A stretch of 45,732 nt of DNA from Elusimicrobiota bacterium (GTDB taxonomy: Bacteria > CG03 > SLGR01 > JBDRKX01), in contig JBDRKX010000012.1 in assembly GCA_043813605.1 (NCBI GenBank), positions 1-45,732 on the forward strand, read 5' to 3'. A program made the translations under genes and the position numbers. Below are positions 41,819-45,732 of the stretch, piece after piece. Positions within the stretch are counted from its first letter, which is position 1, and every line of letters begins with the position of its first letter. The notes beneath the pieces are model-generated. The model ran no database searches, had not been told where the DNA came from, and was given only the letters and a program-made list of their open reading frames with translations.

Positions 41819-42769
41819 ATGAGATTTACCAGAAGAGAATTCATAAAAGCAGTATCGGTTATGCTTGTCGGACTTGTTGCAAAAAAACTTTCGGCAGCCG
41901 AAAGATCGCCTGTATCCGGGGCTGTCGGTTCTCTCCTGAAAAAAGGCGCTGCTGCTGGCGAAAAAAAATACGAGTTATCTATTATCAAGGGGACAGATCA
42001 CGCCGCGATAACCAGGCAGGCGGTATCAGCACTTGGCGGTATGGAGAAATTCGTAAAAAAAGGCGATACGGTTGTTGTTAAACCAAACATGTGCGGTCCG
42101 CATATGCCTGAAATGGCAGCAACAACAAATCCGGAAGTCGTAAAAGAAATAGTATATATGTGTTATGAAGCCGGTGCGGTTAAGGTGAAAGTGTTTGACA
42201 AGCCATTCAGGCATGCAGGTATGACGTATAAAATATGCGGTATTGCCCGGGCCGCTAAAGAGGCCGGCGCGGATGTTTTTTTTGTGGATGACTGGAATTA
42301 CGTCAATGCTAAATTCGAATACGATTCGCCGCTCGAAGGATGGCCGATATACAAAGATGCTATTGAAGCCGACTGTTTCATTAATGTGCCTATACTTAAA
42401 CACCACAGTTATACAGGACTTACTCTTTCAATGAAGAATCTTATGGGAGTGATGGGCGGTAACAGGGGAAATGTTCACTGGGATATAAGCACTAAACTTG
42501 CGCATCTTACCGATTACATCAAACCGAAATTGATTGTAATGGATGCGACCAGGGTCCTGATGAGAAACGGGCCCGGCGGCGGTAATCTTGAGGATGTAGA
42601 GATATTTAATACTGTCATGGCGTCGGCTGATCCCGTATTGATCGATTCCGAGGCGGCGCGTCTTGTCGGAGTGACTCCGAAAAAGATAGGGTGTATAAGA
42701 GTGGCGGGAGAAATGGGGTTGGGAAAATTTAATGTGTCTCCGGATCTTGTTTATAGAAAACAGGTGTAA
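41819..42769 (+). CDS. DUF362-family protein, Tat-exported, copy 2
   Basis: MRFTRREFIK signal, same motifs as copy 1. Confidence 0.9.
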   Translation: MRFTRREFIKAVSVMLVGLVAKKLSAAERSPVSGAVGSLLKKGAAAGEKKYELSIIKGTDHAAITRQAVSALGGMEKFVKKGDTVVVKPNMCGPHMPEMAATTNPEVVKEIVYMCYEAGAVKVKVFDKPFRHAGMTYKICGIARAAKEAGADVFFVDDWNYVNAKFEYDSPLEGWPIYKDAIEADCFINVPILKHHSYTGLTLSMKNLMGVMGGNRGNVHWDISTKLAHLTDYIKPKLIVMDATRVLMRNGPGGGNLEDVEIFNTVMASADPVLIDSEAARLVGVTPKKIGCIRVAGEMGLGKFNVSPDLVYRKQV

Positions 42770-44305
42770 ATGAAAAAAAAATGGGTCAGATCGCGAGTGC
42801 TGAGCCAGCTTTTATTCCTGCTGTTATTCAGTTATCTTATCAGCCATCCTTTACGCGCCGCGCGGCTTTTTTTTGCTGTTGACCCGCTTATTGCATTGAC
42901 CGTATCGCTGGCCGGCAGGGTTTTTATTAAAACGATAATAATCTCTTTGGTTTTTGTGGTACTTACTGCTCTGGCCGGCAGGTTCTTCTGCGGCTGGATA
43001 TGCCCCATGGGAACGTTTATAGACGCTTTCGGTTATATCCGGCGGAAAGTATCCAGGAAACGTGTTAAAGATATATCACCGCGCCGTCTCTCCTGTATAA
43101 AATATGTTATATTCATAATTGTGATTATCCTTGCAGTATTTGGTATACAGTTACTGTGGATGATCGATCCCATGTCGGTAAGCGGAAGGTTTATCTCGAC
43201 AAACCTGCTGCCGGCAGCAGGAAAGGCAGTGGAAAACTCTTTCAGATTTGTTATCCAGCGGTTAGGATTCCCGGATATTTTTATGAATATGTACAGATGG
43301 CTACTCGGGATTGCCGGAGGTACGCTTCAGCGGTCTTTCAATAATGGAGGTGTCAGTCTTGCTATTTTTTCGTCAGTGATATTAACGGGTATTTTAGGCA
43401 AGAGGTTCTGGTGCAGGAACCTGTGCCCTTTAGGAGCGCTGTATGCACTGCTGGCGAGATTCTCTTTTCTGGAAAGAAAGCTGGACGATTCATGTAACGC
43501 TTGTCAGGTCTGCGTGCTGGATTGCAGGATGGGGGCACTTGAAAAAGAAAATGTTATACGTAAAGAAGAATGTATATTATGTATGGACTGTATTGATAAC
43601 TGTACGACATCTTCGGCGCGGTTCCTGTTTAAGAAAAAACTGCTTGCTCCAAAGAGTATAAACAGTTCAAGAAGGGATTTTCTGAAATATGCGGGTATAA
43701 CTTCGATAGCTGTATTTACCGGGTGGCGCAATAGACAAAGGTGGGGCGGCGGTCGGGGGATCGGCCGCGGAATGGAAGGGGTGGAACCGGGTATAATAAG
43801 GCCGCCGGGTGTCATAGATGAACCTGCATTTCAAAAAAGATGTATAAGATGCGGCAACTGTATGAATGTCTGCCCGACAAACGGGCTGCAGCCCGTGTTG
43901 TTAAAAGCGGGACCGGCCGGTGTGTGGACTCCGGAACTTGTTCCTGAAATAGGCGCCTGTGAATATAACTGTGCTGCCTGCGGTGTAGTCTGTCCGACAG
44001 GAGCTATCCCGGAACTTGGTTTAGAGATAAAGAGATTAACCCGGCTTGGGAGGGCAAGAGTGAACCGGTCAATATGTCTGCCGTGGAAGGGAGAAACATC
44101 GTGTATCGTATGTGAAGAACAGTGCCCTGTGGAAGAAAAAGCCATTAAGCTGATCGAAGAAGATGTAAATGGTACTGTATTTCAGAAACCTGTTGTTGAT
44201 AAAGGGTTATGTATAGGCTGCGGAAAATGCCAGAACGCGTGTCCGGCCAGACCGGAAAGGGCGATAAAAGTGTATCCATTACAGCATCGAAACCGGTCCG
44301 CATGA
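42770..44305 (+). CDS. Membrane polyferredoxin (NapH/MauN-like fused to NapG/MauM-like)
   Basis: FCGWICPMG, WCRNLCPLG, multiple CxxCxxCxxxC motifs, internal SRRDFLK, IRPPG. Confidence 0.88.
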   Translation: MKKKWVRSRVLSQLLFLLLFSYLISHPLRAARLFFAVDPLIALTVSLAGRVFIKTIIISLVFVVLTALAGRFFCGWICPMGTFIDAFGYIRRKVSRKRVKDISPRRLSCIKYVIFIIVIILAVFGIQLLWMIDPMSVSGRFISTNLLPAAGKAVENSFRFVIQRLGFPDIFMNMYRWLLGIAGGTLQRSFNNGGVSLAIFSSVILTGILGKRFWCRNLCPLGALYALLARFSFLERKLDDSCNACQVCVLDCRMGALEKENVIRKEECILCMDCIDNCTTSSARFLFKKKLLAPKSINSSRRDFLKYAGITSIAVFTGWRNRQRWGGGRGIGRGMEGVEPGIIRPPGVIDEPAFQKRCIRCGNCMNVCPTNGLQPVLLKAGPAGVWTPELVPEIGACEYNCAACGVVCPTGAIPELGLEIKRLTRLGRARVNRSICLPWKGETSCIVCEEQCPVEEKAIKLIEEDVNGTVFQKPVVDKGLCIGCGKCQNACPARPERAIKVYPLQHRNRSA

Positions 44306-44347
44306 GATTTTACAAAGGAAATTTTACGAGAAAAAGACAGAAAAAGT

Positions 44348-45040
44348 ATGATAGAGATAAGCCAGATAATAGATAAATCTCCGGTTTCGGCTTTAGGGAT
44401 AGTATACTTAGCCGGAGTGGCAACCAGCCTGACTCCGTGTATATACCCGCTTATACCTATAATGGTAGGTGTGATCGGCAGCCGCAGGGCGGGTAAACTG
44501 AAAGGCTTTTTTCTTTCACTTCTCTATGTACTCGGAATGGCTGTAACATATGCCGTGCTGGGAACAGTATCGGCTGTCGGCGGAATGGTCTTCGGGTTAA
44601 CGGCACACAGCTGGTGGGTGAACTTTCTGGTAGGCGGCGTGCTCCTTTTCTTCGGACTCATTATGCTGGATCTGATAAACATGCCGTTATTCACGGCACT
44701 GAACAGGCGGCTCCAGGCGGGGATCTCGGGTACGGGAAGTATTTTTATTATGGGTCTTATCTCAGGGCTTGTGGCGGCTCCATGTTCGACGCCTGTGCTC
44801 GGAAGTATACTTACATTCGTAGCCGTCAGCAGGAACATAGTGATGGGAATGCTGCTGCTTTTTATTTACGGGTTCGGTACGGGAACGATCTTGATAGTTG
44901 CCGGTACTTTTGCCGGACTAGCGGCGGCTATGCCCAAAAGCGGCAAATGGATGGTGATCGTAAAGAAATTTTTCGGTCTAGTTATAATTATTATAGCGCT
45001 CTATTTCATATGGATGGGTACAAAAGCGCTTATGGTGTAG
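44348..45040 (+). CDS. CcdA/DsbD transmembrane disulfide-interchange protein
   Basis: TSLTPCIYPLIP and APCSTP, PKSGKWM. Confidence 0.9.
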   Translation: MIEISQIIDKSPVSALGIVYLAGVATSLTPCIYPLIPIMVGVIGSRRAGKLKGFFLSLLYVLGMAVTYAVLGTVSAVGGMVFGLTAHSWWVNFLVGGVLLFFGLIMLDLINMPLFTALNRRLQAGISGTGSIFIMGLISGLVAAPCSTPVLGSILTFVAVSRNIVMGMLLLFIYGFGTGTILIVAGTFAGLAAAMPKSGKWMVIVKKFFGLVIIIIALYFIWMGTKALMV

Positions 45041-45044
45041 GAGT

Positions 45045-45420
45045 ATGACTAAAAAGATCAAGATAAAAGTTGCCGGTAAAGAGATATGGGCTGAACTGAA
45101 TGAGAGCGTTACAGCCGGGAAAATATTGGATATATTGCCTGTTAAAGCATCAGGAAACCTCTGGGGTGAAGAAGATATATTTTCCCATACCTCTCGAAGC
45201 AGAGGAAGAAAACCCGGTAGAAACGGTAAATAAAGGGGATCTCGCGTTCTGGCCATCCGGGAGCGCGTTCTGTATATTTTTCGGTCCTACGCCGATGAGT
45301 ATTGGCGACGAGATCAGGCCGGCAAGCGCTGTAAATATCATCGGCAGGATCCCCGGCGATATATCCGGGTTGAAAGAACATAATTCCGGTGATACGGTAG
45401 AAATAGAACGTGCAACTTAG
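45045..45420 (+). pseudogene. Cyclophilin-like-fold (DUF369-type) protein with a +1 frameshift
   Basis: ..LPVKASGNLWGEE and IYFPIP..GDLAFWP.G.AFCIFFGPTP.S..EIRPASAVN lie in adjacent frames, with one extra base near 45174. Confidence 0.8.
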
Positions 45421-45435
45421 AAAAATACCTGCCTA

Positions 45436-45490
45436 TGTCAAGGCAAAGTAGAAATGTCCTGTTTTCAGCAAAGTAGAAATGTCTTGTTTT
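45436..45490. mobile_element. Probable IS end (IS1202/ISNCY-like) with 25-bp-period tandem repeats
   Basis: TGTCAAG followed by GCAAAGTAGAAATGTC(C/T)TGTTTT twice (45443-45465, 45468-45490). Confidence 0.55.
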
Positions 45491-45495
45491 TGTAT

Positions 45496-45732
45496 TTAGG
45501 GCCTCTGGAAAAAAGCAAAAGGTATAGAATAATAGACGACAAAAAAGTATAATATTGACATGTAGATAAGGAATAAGTGCAAGGAAAGCGTAAGGTACCC
45601 CCAAAAAACCTTGCATTTAGGAATCACAGGAGGCTGATATTGTACCGTAAAAAAGACAGAAATACACAAATGCTTTTTAAGGAGTTAATGCTCTTTGGCG
45701 GGAAACTGAATAAAAATAACCGTTGGCTGAGA
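45496..45732 (+). mobile_element. Left end of IS5-family-like element with truncated transposase
   Basis: Inverted copy of 1-138. AGGAGG then TTG 45640: MYRKKDRNTQMLFKELMLFGGKLNKNNRWLR, matching the recalled IS5-family N-terminal motif FGGKL..NRW. Runs off the window. Confidence 0.8.

Noticed and set aside
45443..45490. Direct repeats as a possible CRISPR array
   Set aside because: Only two units separated by 2 nt, with no spacers and no cas genes.

Overview
A 45.7-kb bacterial chromosomal segment from an anaerobe with an outer membrane. The FecR/beta-barrel cluster is reminiscent of Elusimicrobia-like lineages, which is a tentative inference. Both ends carry the same IS5-like left end in inverted orientation (1-138 vs 45496-45633, 1 mismatch). 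The right copy sits beside a second, IS1202-like end. The interior holds mostly metabolic genes: uridine kinase-like; gdhA, icd-like, folD and nfnAB; two lipoproteins; a pabB-pabC fusion; fabH plus a four-subunit 2-oxoacid:ferredoxin oxidoreductase; a membrane spermidine-synthase-like gene with an internal TAG; a FecR plus two outer-membrane-protein cluster; lhgO-like; a Ca/Na antiporter; GTP-PEPCK; tatD, NUDIX, radical SAM, a three-domain BMC shell protein and yggS; a molybdenum-cofactor operon with a ModE box and a frameshifted modE; a YibE/F pair; an ArsR-thioredoxin cluster; rmuC; tandem Tat-exported DUF362 paralogs with a polyferredoxin and CcdA. The most notable signals are the orphan triple-BMC-domain protein coupled to a radical SAM enzyme and YggS, an ANTAR-type dual-hairpin/terminator leader upstream of gdhA, three genes apparently starting at ATC/ATA/ATT, and several point lesions. 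All calls come from reading motifs; no database searches were run.
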